The notes under the pieces were generated by a model. It saw only the letters and a list, made by a program, of their open reading frames with translations, was not told the origin of the DNA and searched no databases. Source: a bacterium HR20 (GTDB lineage Bacteria; Bacteroidota; Ignavibacteria; Kapaibacteriales; NICIL-2). From it: a DNA stretch of 44,970 nt. This document shows positions 36,538-44,970 of the stretch, piece after piece (the first letter of the stretch is position 1; each line of letters begins with the position of its first letter). The translations under genes and the position numbers were made by a program. Location: assembly GCA_002898675.1 (NCBI GenBank), contig BEHW01000002.1:1-44970 (forward strand). The letters run 5' to 3'.

Positions 36538-37428
36538 TTAGTCGGGTTCAACAAGCTGGATCTTCGCATAGCCTGGCACGATGCCAGCGTTGAGCATCGC
36601 TCGCTGTGGACGCGGCTCTTGTGCGATTGAAGCAATCACACCATAGGGGAAATTCCGTGCCGTCTCAAGCAAGTAGCCGTAAATAGGAACGCGGTACGGA
36701 TAGGTTTCCTTGACGATCGTCGCTGCATGTGGAGCAACAGCAATTCGATCCCCCGTTGCGGTATCGCGAATGACAATGCGCAACGCACGGAGTGAAGGCT
36801 CTGCCGCCTTCTGCCGCAAATACTGGGATAAAAGTGCAACCCCGATATCCGACTTCCCTTGCCTTACTACGGCAATTGTGCTATCACCAGTGGGAACTGC
36901 CAGCGCAGCCATGCGTACAGCACCGCCAGCAATCGTACGAAGATGTGCAGCAAGTGAGGAACTGGCGTTTGGCACAGACCAACGATACTTCGCCAGCCAT
37001 GTGCGCTCGCCGCGGAGTGTGCTGCGGACGATTTCGTCACTTGCGGTATCAAGTGCAGTTTGCCCTGCGGTAACGAATACTAACGCATCAGTTGCAATGA
37101 GAAAGCGCTTGTGCGGTTCGATCGAGTAGGCTCGCAGCAGTGAATCCTCCTGTGGCAAGTAATCGCGTGCAACAATTGCAGCGCGTACGCGGCCAGACAG
37201 CAATTGCCGCATCGCTTCCAGTGCAGTGGTTGCCTCAAGCTTAATATGCGCTCCTTCATGGTAGAGGACAAACGAATCAAGCTGGGGTACAATGAGCTGT
37301 GCAACCTCTTGGTCACATGCAATTGATGCTTCACCTCGAAAGAGGGTTTCACCTTGCGGCTGCTCCTGCTTGCATCCTGGAGCAATGATCAGGAGCACGA
37401 TTAGCAGCAGACTACTCCACCTGGTCAT
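36538..37428 (-). CDS. PstS-family (PBP type 2) periplasmic substrate-binding-like lipoprotein
   Basis: The ATG at 37428 gives MTRWSSLLLIVLLIIAPGC (lipobox). The body resembles the phosphate-binding-protein-like fold found after tonB in Bacteroidota Ton clusters (GRVRAAIVARDY..., ETYPYRVPIY). Confidence 0.7.
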   Translation of the reverse strand: MTRWSSLLLIVLLIIAPGCKQEQPQGETLFRGEASIACDQEVAQLIVPQLDSFVLYHEGAHIKLEATTALEAMRQLLSGRVRAAIVARDYLPQEDSLLRAYSIEPHKRFLIATDALVFVTAGQTALDTASDEIVRSTLRGERTWLAKYRWSVPNASSSLAAHLRTIAGGAVRMAALAVPTGDSTIAVVRQGKSDIGVALLSQYLRQKAAEPSLRALRIVIRDTATGDRIAVAPHAATIVKETYPYRVPIYGYLLETARNFPYGVIASIAQEPRPQRAMLNAGIVPGYAKIQLVEPD

Positions 37429-37606
37429 CGCGCTCGCCGTCTGTAGGTGCTGATGCAGAAAGCCGGAACAGCACGTACAACCGATACCCCCCAAACAAAA
37501 TTGCGATCACACCAAACAGCCGCATCGTTTCGGTCGGTGCAGCCAGTATAAGAGCGATGCCGATCGCCACAATAAGCCCCCGCGCAATTGCTGCTGTAAT
37601 CAGCAT
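37412..37606 (-). CDS. Tentative small membrane protein (2 predicted TM helices)
   Basis: 64 aa from the ATG at 37606, or 77 aa from the TTG at 37645. The sequence is MLITAAIARGLIVAIGIALILAAP...MRLFGVIAILFGGYRLYVLFRL, followed by an acidic tail. It fills the tonB/PstS-like gap, and its 3' end overlaps the next start by 17 nt. I recognise no homology. Confidence 0.35.
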   Translation of the reverse strand: MLITAAIARGLIVAIGIALILAAPTETMRLFGVIAILFGGYRLYVLFRLSASAPTDGERDDQVE

Positions 37607-37666
37607 CGGCGTCCATCGAGTTGCGGTACGGCGCTGTGGAGGCAAGGAGCTGCATACCGATAGTGA

Positions 37667-38446
37667 TTACTTGATCTTGAAGATGATCGGGATCGTTACC
37701 CAGACATCAATCGGATTGCCGTTTTGAATTGCGGGCGTGAACGTGGTCGCCAGAACTGCTTTCAGCGCAGCATCGTTGAGCATTTCGCTTGGAGAATCGG
37801 CAACGAATGCACGCTTGGGTTTGCCGTCCTTGCCAACAAGGACCTTCACAATAACCTTTCCCTCAATCCCTGCACGACGGGCAATTTCGGGATACTGGAC
37901 GCGACGCTGCAAATCTGCGTAATCAAAAGTCGGCTCCTTCTCGACAAAAACAAATTCATCGGGGTCTGGCTCTTGTTCCTTTTGGACGCGAGTATCAGGG
38001 GCGATGACCGTCCCTTCCCCAATGCCGAATCCGCCCATATCTATTCCTTCCCCGCCTTTCGAGGTCGCGCGCGCTACGTCCTCAACATTTGCGAAATCTT
38101 TCGCATCGGGCGAAAGGAGTGTCTCTGGAACCGGAACTGGATTACCTGCGACAGTCGGCGGACCGCCGGCAATCGCAACGCTCGTTGGTGGTGGCGGTGG
38201 CGCAACTTCAGGTTGGTTTGCCGGTGGTGGCGGAAGATCGGAGAGTTTGATCCGAACGACGGGAATCTTCGGTCTGAGCGCCAGCGCCCGCTGGTGAAAG
38301 TAGTTGTACACGAAAAACCCGATGAAGAGCAACGCTAACAACCCAACGGCAATGAGAAATGCGCGAAACGTATAGCGGCGTATCCATTCTTTAAGCTCAA
38401 AGGCGCCGTAGGATCGGTGCGGCAGTTGTGCAGTGAAAGCATCCAT
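37667..38446 (-). CDS. tonB: Energy transducer TonB
   Basis: The N-terminal TM anchor is FLIAVGLLALLFIGFFVY. The Pro-rich linker is PPPPANQPEVAPPPPP. The C-terminal TonB domain reads YPEIARRAGIEGKVIVKVLVGKDGKP...NGNPIDVWVTIPIIFK. Confidence 0.9.
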   Translation of the reverse strand: MDAFTAQLPHRSYGAFELKEWIRRYTFRAFLIAVGLLALLFIGFFVYNYFHQRALALRPKIPVVRIKLSDLPPPPANQPEVAPPPPPTSVAIAGGPPTVAGNPVPVPETLLSPDAKDFANVEDVARATSKGGEGIDMGGFGIGEGTVIAPDTRVQKEQEPDPDEFVFVEKEPTFDYADLQRRVQYPEIARRAGIEGKVIVKVLVGKDGKPKRAFVADSPSEMLNDAALKAVLATTFTPAIQNGNPIDVWVTIPIIFKIK

Positions 38447-38448
38447 GG

Positions 38449-39000
38449 TTAGAGCCCTTTGAGTTTTTCAACTTCTTCTGGGCTAAGCTTGACGAACGCA
38501 AACTTCCGTTCGCGTTTGATACCTTCAGCCTGGAGCTGGCGAATGATCTCAGCCTCGGCTTGATTGAGGATGTCGAGTACTTGCACGATAACACCGTACG
38601 GTGCATCTGGCGATGGCTTGAACGCGGTGATGAGCTTATTTTTCCGCAGGAGGTTCAGCTCGACCGCCTTCGAGCGCAAATCGCTCATTGCCAATGGTTG
38701 TGGCTCATCTGTGCCCATGCTGAAAAAGAGCTTGCCATCTCCGCGTACATAGAGCGTGAAAAGGTTCGCTTGGTTGACTTCGACATTCTCTTCAACCTCC
38801 TTGGGAACGCTGATCTCCATGACCTGCGGGGTAACCATCGTCGTCGTGTACATGAAAAACGTCAACAGCAGGAAGACGATGTCCACCATCGGCGTCATGT
38901 CAATCCGAAAGCCAACACGTTTTTTCTTCTTCCGCTTGCTATGCTTTTTCCCGCGTCGCTGCCGTTCGGGCAGTTCTAAACCGCCGCCGCCACCAGCCAT
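38449..39000 (-). CDS. exbD: Biopolymer transporter ExbD/TolR family (paralog 2)
   Basis: 183 aa. A basic N-terminus is followed by IDMTPMVDIVFLLLTFFM, the conserved ExbD TM segment with Asp. Confidence 0.88.
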   Translation of the reverse strand: MAGGGGGLELPERQRRGKKHSKRKKKKRVGFRIDMTPMVDIVFLLLTFFMYTTTMVTPQVMEISVPKEVEENVEVNQANLFTLYVRGDGKLFFSMGTDEPQPLAMSDLRSKAVELNLLRKNKLITAFKPSPDAPYGVIVQVLDILNQAEAEIIRQLQAEGIKRERKFAFVKLSPEEVEKLKGL

Positions 39001-39027
39001 AGCGAAAGATTCAAGTTGTACGACATG

Positions 39028-39531
39028 TTACTGGCGTTTCTCTGTGACAAAGTTGAACGCTGTCGCGTTGTTCTTGCGGAGGACGTCAATTGCGTCCTCA
39101 ATCCACTTATACCGAATCCGCCGGTCACCGTCAATTGCAAACCGTGTTCGGGGTCCGGTAATCCGTGTCTGCATGATCAATTGGTCGAGCATATCAAGAC
39201 CAACCTTCAGCTGCGGTTTGCGCTGCTCGGGTGTGAAATTGAGGTTGTCATAGACTTGCCGTCGCTGAAGCTCGTTGACGATCGTGTAGTAGTAGCTTGT
39301 GTCACCGGTGAGGGTGTCAATACCGACCTTGATGATCGCAATGTCTTTATCGGGCAGCTTCGATGTATCTGCTGACGCATAGGGTCGCTTGATGACGAAC
39401 TTCTGCTCGGCTTCGGCTTCGGTTTTGAACTTAGCGGTGAACATGAAGAATGTCAACAGCAGGAAGGTCACGTCCACCATTGGCGTCATGTCAATGACAA
39501 AGCCGAGCCGTTTTTTCTTGATCTTCGGCAT
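39028..39531 (-). CDS. exbD: Biopolymer transporter ExbD/TolR family (paralog 1)
   Basis: 167 aa: MPKIKKKRLGFVIDMTPMVDVTFLLLTFFMF... Confidence 0.88.
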   Translation of the reverse strand: MPKIKKKRLGFVIDMTPMVDVTFLLLTFFMFTAKFKTEAEAEQKFVIKRPYASADTSKLPDKDIAIIKVGIDTLTGDTSYYYTIVNELQRRQVYDNLNFTPEQRKPQLKVGLDMLDQLIMQTRITGPRTRFAIDGDRRIRYKWIEDAIDVLRKNNATAFNFVTEKRQ

Positions 39532-39549
39532 AGATGAAAGGCCCGATTT

Positions 39550-40332
39550 TTAAGCGACTTCTTTGACGCGGACGGTGAGCAGTTCCATCATCGAGAGGAT
39601 CGCTTCGTCAATCATGTACACGAAGTTATCAACTCGGGTGGTGAAGAAGTTGAACGCAACGATCGAGATAATCGCAGCGGCTAAGCCACCAGCGGTGTTA
39701 TAGAGCGCTTCAGAAATCCCGATGGAAAGCTGCTGTGCCGAGACTGTCCCACCAGATTCACCGAGTGCACGGAACGCACGAATCATCCCGACCGTAGTTC
39801 CCAGCAGGCCGATCATCGTCGAGATAGATGCCAGAGTGGAGAGGATGACCAGATTCTTTTCGAGGAGCGGAATTTCCAGATTTGTCGCTTCGTCAATGGC
39901 GCGTTGCACCTCGCTGAGTTTCTTTTCCGCATCGTATTCGGGATCATTTTCCACTTGCTTGAAGCGCTCCAATCCAGCGCGGAGAATGTTGGCCACCGAG
40001 CCACGCTGTTTATCACACTCGGCAATTGCCTCATCGATCTTGCCTTCGCCGATCAGCTCGATGCAGCGCTTGATAAAGAGCGCCACATCGCCTGTCCCCC
40101 GCGCCTTGTTGATCGAAAGCATACGCTCGATCGAGAACGTAATTGCCAACAGCAAACAGGCAAGCAGCAGCCCCACCAGTGGCCCACCGGTGTAGATCAT
40201 CCCGAGTGTATTGACCGGCTGCGTAATGTCGCCGCCCTTGAAGTTGCTCGGCGCACCGAGCACAAAAAAGTACACGCTGTATGCAACAATCAGTGCAAGC
40301 GTGATAACCACTGCATTGAAGACGTTCTTCAT
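39550..40332 (-). CDS. exbB: MotA/TolQ/ExbB proton-channel protein
   Basis: 260 aa with three TM segments. The conserved C-terminal region reads LSTLASISTMIGLLGTTVGMIRAF...ISEALYNTAGGL. Confidence 0.9.
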   Translation of the reverse strand: MKNVFNAVVITLALIVAYSVYFFVLGAPSNFKGGDITQPVNTLGMIYTGGPLVGLLLACLLLAITFSIERMLSINKARGTGDVALFIKRCIELIGEGKIDEAIAECDKQRGSVANILRAGLERFKQVENDPEYDAEKKLSEVQRAIDEATNLEIPLLEKNLVILSTLASISTMIGLLGTTVGMIRAFRALGESGGTVSAQQLSIGISEALYNTAGGLAAAIISIVAFNFFTTRVDNFVYMIDEAILSMMELLTVRVKEVA

Positions 40333-40338
40333 AACGCG

Positions 40339-40704
40339 TTACATGTTGGTGGATGATGACAACAGTGCTTGAATAGCTGCGTCGCGATCACGGTAAATGT
40401 CGAAGACCATCGAAAGCTTTGTGATGACGAAGATATTTTCGAGGGACTCACTCAATCCACAGAGCGCAATTTTGCCGCCTCGCTTGGTGATGCTCGAGTG
40501 TGCTGCAATCAGGACCCCAAGTGCAGTCGAGTTCAAGTAGGTAACATTCGATAAGTCCAGAAGAATTGTGTGGCGCTGCCCTTGGAGGATCTCGTTGAGT
40601 GTAGCGCGTAGCTCGTCAGTCTCTTTGCCACCGACGAACTGCCCGCGGAGAGTTACTATCTCAAGCTCGCCGTATTGCTCCCGGCGGATGCTCGGTGAAA
40701 GCAT
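40339..40704 (-). CDS. STAS-domain protein (anti-sigma-factor antagonist, SpoIIAA-like)
   Basis: 121 aa from the ATG at 40704 (the track TTG at 40737 is less likely). The sequence is ...LDLSNVTYLNSTALGVLIAAHSSITKRGGKIALCGLSESLENIFVITKL. A Ser occupies the usual phospho-acceptor position (NSTALG). The stop lies 6 nt before the exbB start. Confidence 0.8.
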   Translation of the reverse strand: MLSPSIRREQYGELEIVTLRGQFVGGKETDELRATLNEILQGQRHTILLDLSNVTYLNSTALGVLIAAHSSITKRGGKIALCGLSESLENIFVITKLSMVFDIYRDRDAAIQALLSSSTNM

Positions 40705-40739
40705 ACCACGAATGCTGTTGTTCAAAATCGGCGTCAAAA

Positions 40740-41648
40740 CTACGACGCAGCATGCACATTCTGCAAAGAAAAATTCCGTAACACTCGGTGATCACAGTCC
40801 CACGCCGCAAGGACGTAGCGCTCTACTCCACGCTGGTCTGTGCCGATAGCGCTTTCCATGTCGGTAAAGAGCGCTGCGACTGCAGCTGCCTGCCCATCGT
40901 TGCATTCGAGCGCGATGATGCCATTAGGTTCGAGCAATCTCCAGAGGTGCTCGCTGTAGTGACGATAGAACGTCAGCCCATCTGCTCCATCAGTCAACGC
41001 AGTAGTTGGCTCATGCTGCACTTCCGGGGGCAGCACCGGAACGTCACATGCTGGAATGTACGGGGGATTGGAAACAACCAACCAGAAGCGCTCATCGGGA
41101 TCGGCCAATTGCAGAACGTCTACGTGCTCAAACGAAACATTCGGTATTCCCAGCCGCTGCGCATTCTCTTCTGCTAGGCTCAGTGCTGCCTCATCACAAT
41201 CCCAACCAATGACGCGACTGCCTGGGAACTCTTTTGCAAGTGCTAATGCAATGCATCCCGATCCGGTACCGATATCGAGAATACGTCGTGGCTGCCATGT
41301 GGACGCCCGCATTGCTGCGACCAGTCGAGCGATCAAGAACTCCGTTTCTGGCCGAGGGATCAACACCGCCGGCGTGATGCGAAGCCGTAGCCCGTAAAAC
41401 TCCACCCAACCGAGCAAGTACTGCAGCGGTACCCGTTCGGTGATCCGAACGTGGACAAGCTGGCTGAGCTGCTGCTGCACGGCCGCCGAAAGCACTCGCT
41501 CTGGTTCCAGCAGCAGAGCAAGCATGTTGCACTGCGTTACATTGCAGACGAGCAGTTCAGCTTCGCGGCGGGCTTCTTCGATACCTGCCTCAGCGAGCTG
41601 TCGCTCGACGTACCGAAGCGCTTGACGAAACGTACGGATTCCATCCAT
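40740..41648 (-). CDS. prmC: Release factor glutamine N5-methyltransferase
   Basis: The SAM motif is [15 protein letters not shown] and the catalytic motif is VSNPPYIP. The N-terminus from the ATG at 41648 ([34 protein letters not shown]) aligns with the usual HemK start. ATG 41672 and TTG 41681 are alternatives. The start lies inside the carB 3' end. Confidence 0.88.
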   Translation of the reverse strand: MDGIRTFRQALRYVERQLAEAGIEEARREAELLVCNVTQCNMLALLLEPERVLSAAVQQQLSQLVHVRITERVPLQYLLGWVEFYGLRLRITPAVLIPRPETEFLIARLVAAMRASTWQPRRILDIGTGSGCIALALAKEFPGSRVIGWDCDEAALSLAEENAQRLGIPNVSFEHVDVLQLADPDERFWLVVSNPPYIPACDVPVLPPEVQHEPTTALTDGADGLTFYRHYSEHLWRLLEPNGIIALECNDGQAAAVAALFTDMESAIGTDQRGVERYVLAAWDCDHRVLRNFSLQNVHAAS

Positions 41649-44600
41649 CGCCGTATTCTTCCTGCAATGCATAGACGCCAAAGGTGCCAGCTCGCAACGC
41701 TTTGATTGCTTCGAGCGAGGCCTCAGCAGCCGCCAGTGTCGTGAAAAACGGGATTTTGTGCTGCAATGCCGTCATGCCCATGATGAACTCATCGTGCCGG
41801 GCACGCTCGCCAAGCGGCGTGTTGATGAGAATGTGGACCTGGCCGTTTTTGATGTAGTCAATGATGCTCGGCCTACCTTCGTAATGTTTGAGAACGGTTT
41901 CAGCTTCGATACCGTGTTCACGAAGGAATGCAGCAGTTCCGCTCGTTGCAAGTATTTCGAAGCCAAGTTCGCGGTAGCCACGAGCAATTGCGAGTGCACG
42001 CTCGCACTTGTCTTCCGGACGCAGAGAGAGGAACACTCTCCCCTGCACCGGAACCTTGCTCCCCGTTGCAAGGTGAGCTTTCAGTAGCGCTGCTCCGAAC
42101 GTTGTATCGCGCCCCATCACCTCCCCAGTCGAACGCATCTCCGGTCCAGGGAACACGTTGACCCGTGCGAATTTGGTGTAGGGAAATACAGGCTCCTTGA
42201 TTGCGATTCCCCACGACCGCAATATTCCACTGCCATACCCCTGCTCGCGGAGGTTCTTGCCGAGCATGACAGCAGTCGCCACCTCCACAATTGGAACACC
42301 AGTCGCTTTTGCAAGAAACGGCACTGTCCGCGACGCGCGTGGATTTGCCTCGAGAACGTAGAGCGTCTCCCCTTGGAGCGCATACTGTACGTTGAGCAGG
42401 CCACGCACACCCAGTGCTCGCGCGAGCATTTCCGTGTATTGAATCATCCGCTGCTCGATCGCTGGGCTTATGTTGTACGGCGGGATCACACACGAAGAAT
42501 CACCCGAATGAACACCAGCTTCCTCGATATGCTGCATGATACCGCAGATGAGGACATCTTCGCCGTCAGCAATGCAATCGACGTCGAACTCATATGCATG
42601 TTCGAGGAAGTGGTCAATGAGTACCGGGTGCTCCGGAGAATGCTCGAGTGCCTCGCGCGTATAGCGTCGGACAGTTTCCTCACGGTAACAAATCTGCATC
42701 GCACGTCCTCCAAGAACGTACGAGGGCCGCACGAGTACAGGATAGCCAATGCGCTCGGCGATTTCGACGGCTTCGTCTTCGCTGCGGGCTGTTCCCCACG
42801 GGGGACACGGTATGCCGAGCTGTTCGAGCATGCTCCCAAACCGCAAGCGATCCTCGGCAAGGTCAATTCCTTCCCATGGCGTTCCCAAAAGCGTGATGCC
42901 TTCGGCAACGAGGGTCTTGGCAAGTTTGAGCGGCGTTTGCCCCCCAAGCGTTACGATCACTCCATCGGGTTGCTCTACTTGGAGGATATCCAGCACATGC
43001 TCCGACGTTAGTGGCTCGAAGTAGAGCTTGTCGGCGGTGTCGTAGTCTGTCGAAACGGTTTCAGGATTGCAATTGACCATGATTGCCTCCCAGCCCAGCT
43101 TATGTGCTGCCCACACGGCACGGACGCAACTGTAGTCGAATTCGATACCTTGCCCGATACGATTTGGCCCACTCCCCAAAATCACAACTTTCCTGCGCTC
43201 AGAGCGTACCGACTCGTTTTCCTCACCGTAAGTGGAGTAGTGATAGGGTGTCTCGGACTCGAATTCTGCAGCACACGTGTCAATGGTTTTGTAGGTCGGC
43301 ATGATGCCCAGCTTCTGCCGCAGCTGCCGCACAGCACGCTCCGAAACCGAACTCATCACTCCAAGTTGCGCATCGGAAAAGCCGAGCTGCTTCATTCGCC
43401 GCAGGATCGTCGGACTCCACTCAGCAGAAGGCTTTCCAGCAACATGCTGCATCCACGCAAAACCGGCTTCGACAATTTGCTGGCATTGGTCAATGAACCA
43501 TGGATCGTAGCCCGTTAGCGCGTGAATTTCCTCGAGTGGCATTCGAGCGCGAAGTGCATCGAAAAGATCATCAAGCGAACTTGACGATCGGCGAGCAAGC
43601 GTACTCCGAAGCACTTGCAGTTCACTTTCACTGAGCTGGAGCATCGTGCAGCGCTCTGGCGAGTCAAAGCCGAATCCTCCATGGCGTCGCTCCAGAGAAC
43701 GAATTGCTTTTTGCAATGCCTCCTTAAACGTTCGACCGATCGCCATCACCTCACCGACGGACTTCATCTGGACGCCGAGACGGTCCTCCGCTTCACGGAA
43801 CTTTTCGAAATCCCATCGCGGGATTTTCACCACAACGTAATCGAGCGCAGGTTCGAATGACGATGGCGTCCGACGCGTGATATCGTTCTGGATTTCGTCG
43901 AGCCGATACCCCACAGCAAGCTTTGCTGCGATCTTGGCGATTGGAAATCCTGTTGCCTTCGATGCGAGCGCAGAGCTTCGCGATACACGCGGATTCATCT
44001 CGATAACAACCATCCGGCCATCGCGTGGATTGACCGCAAACTGGATGTTCGAACCGCCCGTATCCACGCCGACTTCGCGAATGATTTTGATAGCGGCATC
44101 CCGCATTCGCTGGTATTCGCGATCAGAGAGGGTCTGCGCAGGTGCCACAGTGATCGAATCTCCGGTATGAACCCCCATTGGGTCGAAGTTTTCGATCGAG
44201 CAAATGATGACGACGTTATCAGCTCTGTCGCGCATGACATCGAGTTCGTACTCCTTCCATCCAAGGACGGACTCTTCGACAAGGACGCGGTGGATCGGCG
44301 ACGCGAGCAATCCGTTGCGGAGTATTTCGGCGAATTCCTCGAGGTTGTACGCAACACCGCCACCTGTTCCACCGAGCGTAAAGGACGGGCGCACGATCGC
44401 AGGAAAGCCGATGCGCTCGATCGCAGCCATTCCCTCCTCCACGCTGTTGACAAAAGCGCCTTTCGGCATCTCAAGCCCGCAGCGTTCAACGACACGGAGA
44501 AACTCCATTCGGTCTTCGGCAAGCTGAATCGCGCGGAGGTTAGAACCGATCAGCTCAACACCGTAGCGTTCGAGTGTGCCGCGCTCGGCAAGCTCGACAG

Positions 44601-44895
44601 CCAGGTTAAGTCCGGTCTGACCGCCCATCGTCGGTAGCAACGCGTCGGGCCGCTCCTTTGCGATGATTGCTTCGAGCACCTCTGCAGTCAGCGGTTCGAT
44701 GTAGGTTGCATCGGCGATCTCGGGATCGGTCATAATCGTTGCAGGGTTCGAGTTGACCAAGACGACACGGAAGCCATCGGCGCGAAGTGCTTTGCAGGCT
44801 TGTGTGCCGCTATAGTCGAATTCGCAGGCCTGGCCGATGATAATCGGACCAGAACCAATGATCATCACGGTCTCGATATCGGTCCGTCTGGGCAT
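41590..44895 (-). CDS. carB: Carbamoyl-phosphate synthase large subunit
   Basis: 1101 aa. It starts [33 protein letters not shown]. It has duplicated ATP-grasp halves (the second starts [23 protein letters not shown]) and a C-terminal MGS-like domain. Confidence 0.95.
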   Translation of the reverse strand: MPRRTDIETVMIIGSGPIIIGQACEFDYSGTQACKALRADGFRVVLVNSNPATIMTDPEIADATYIEPLTAEVLEAIIAKERPDALLPTMGGQTGLNLAVELAERGTLERYGVELIGSNLRAIQLAEDRMEFLRVVERCGLEMPKGAFVNSVEEGMAAIERIGFPAIVRPSFTLGGTGGGVAYNLEEFAEILRNGLLASPIHRVLVEESVLGWKEYELDVMRDRADNVVIICSIENFDPMGVHTGDSITVAPAQTLSDREYQRMRDAAIKIIREVGVDTGGSNIQFAVNPRDGRMVVIEMNPRVSRSSALASKATGFPIAKIAAKLAVGYRLDEIQNDITRRTPSSFEPALDYVVVKIPRWDFEKFREAEDRLGVQMKSVGEVMAIGRTFKEALQKAIRSLERRHGGFGFDSPERCTMLQLSESELQVLRSTLARRSSSSLDDLFDALRARMPLEEIHALTGYDPWFIDQCQQIVEAGFAWMQHVAGKPSAEWSPTILRRMKQLGFSDAQLGVMSSVSERAVRQLRQKLGIMPTYKTIDTCAAEFESETPYHYSTYGEENESVRSERRKVVILGSGPNRIGQGIEFDYSCVRAVWAAHKLGWEAIMVNCNPETVSTDYDTADKLYFEPLTSEHVLDILQVEQPDGVIVTLGGQTPLKLAKTLVAEGITLLGTPWEGIDLAEDRLRFGSMLEQLGIPCPPWGTARSEDEAVEIAERIGYPVLVRPSYVLGGRAMQICYREETVRRYTREALEHSPEHPVLIDHFLEHAYEFDVDCIADGEDVLICGIMQHIEEAGVHSGDSSCVIPPYNISPAIEQRMIQYTEMLARALGVRGLLNVQYALQGETLYVLEANPRASRTVPFLAKATGVPIVEVATAVMLGKNLREQGYGSGILRSWGIAIKEPVFPYTKFARVNVFPGPEMRSTGEVMGRDTTFGAALLKAHLATGSKVPVQGRVFLSLRPEDKCERALAIARGYRELGFEILATSGTAAFLREHGIEAETVLKHYEGRPSIIDYIKNGQVHILINTPLGERARHDEFIMGMTALQHKIPFFTTLAAAEASLEAIKALRAGTFGVYALQEEYGDGWNPYVSSSASVRRATAR

Positions 44896-44970
44896 CAGTT
44901 GTGGAGAGATGGTTCGACAAGATCTGGAGCAACAATCTCAATCAACACTGCCATGCGAATGAGTACACCA

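Noticed and set aside
36528-36635. Longer start for the TPR protein (track start 36635), and similarly 37429-37494 for the PstS-like gene.
   Set aside because: The extensions overlap the upstream genes. The internal ATGs give clean signal or lipoprotein peptides immediately (MLWRFLSFALIVASCAVA; MTRWSSLLLIVLLIIAPGC).
37425-37655. Alternative 76-aa ORF in the tonB/PstS-like gap (frame of MQLLASTAPYRNS...).
   Set aside because: The sequence is Cys/Arg/Asp-rich with no hydrophobic or other structure. The other frame, which encodes a 2-TM peptide, is the more plausible reading of this gap, though itself only tentative.
1-44970. CRISPR arrays, IS elements or transposases, integrases, toxin-antitoxin pairs, restriction-modification genes or known defence genes.
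   Set aside because: I saw no spaced direct-repeat arrays, no terminal inverted repeats flanking ORFs, and no ORFs with transposase, integrase, nuclease-helicase or methyltransferase defence signatures. The only methyltransferase is prmC. Every long ORF is accounted for by housekeeping or envelope functions.

Overview
About 45 kb of a bacterial chromosome, moderately GC-rich by eye (not computed) and almost entirely coding. I call 39 CDS (one partial at the left edge, one tentative small ORF) and one tRNA-Leu(UAA). I found no rRNA, CRISPR array, IS element, integrase or prophage.

Most of the content is core housekeeping in familiar syntenies:
- infB(end)-rbfA-truB-ribF-rpsO-pnp, then dnaE.
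- pyrG.
- yceD-rpmF-plsX-fabH-fabD-fabG-acpP-fabF-rnc.
- prmC and carB.

Three lineage clues point to the Bacteroidota/Chlorobiota/Ignavibacteriota (FCB) group. This is an inference.
- A type IX secretion C-terminal sorting domain on a secreted nuclease.
- An exbB-exbD-exbD-tonB-PstS-like-TPR cluster.
- No Shine-Dalgarno sequences, but four perfect Bacteroides-type -7 promoter boxes (TAnnTTTG) placed exactly upstream of transcription-unit starts.

The less ordinary parts are:
1. A translationally coupled metal-amidohydrolase plus an uncharacterised protein that reads like a circularly permuted ATP-grasp ligase. It sits behind a ferredoxin and converges on speA (11.2-14.3 kb).
2. A tightly packed Oar-like TonB-dependent transporter / DUF4397-like lipoprotein / T9SS-tagged EEP nuclease / speA string (14.3-22.1 kb).
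3. A STAS-domain protein and a tiny 2-TM ORF embedded in the Ton motor cluster (36.5-40.7 kb).
4. Several structured or repeat-bearing leaders: rpsO-pnp, acpP-fabF, pyrG, and the yceD promoter.

I see no convincing new defence or mobile system. The items above are the best candidates. All functional calls rest on motif recognition by eye, not on database searches.
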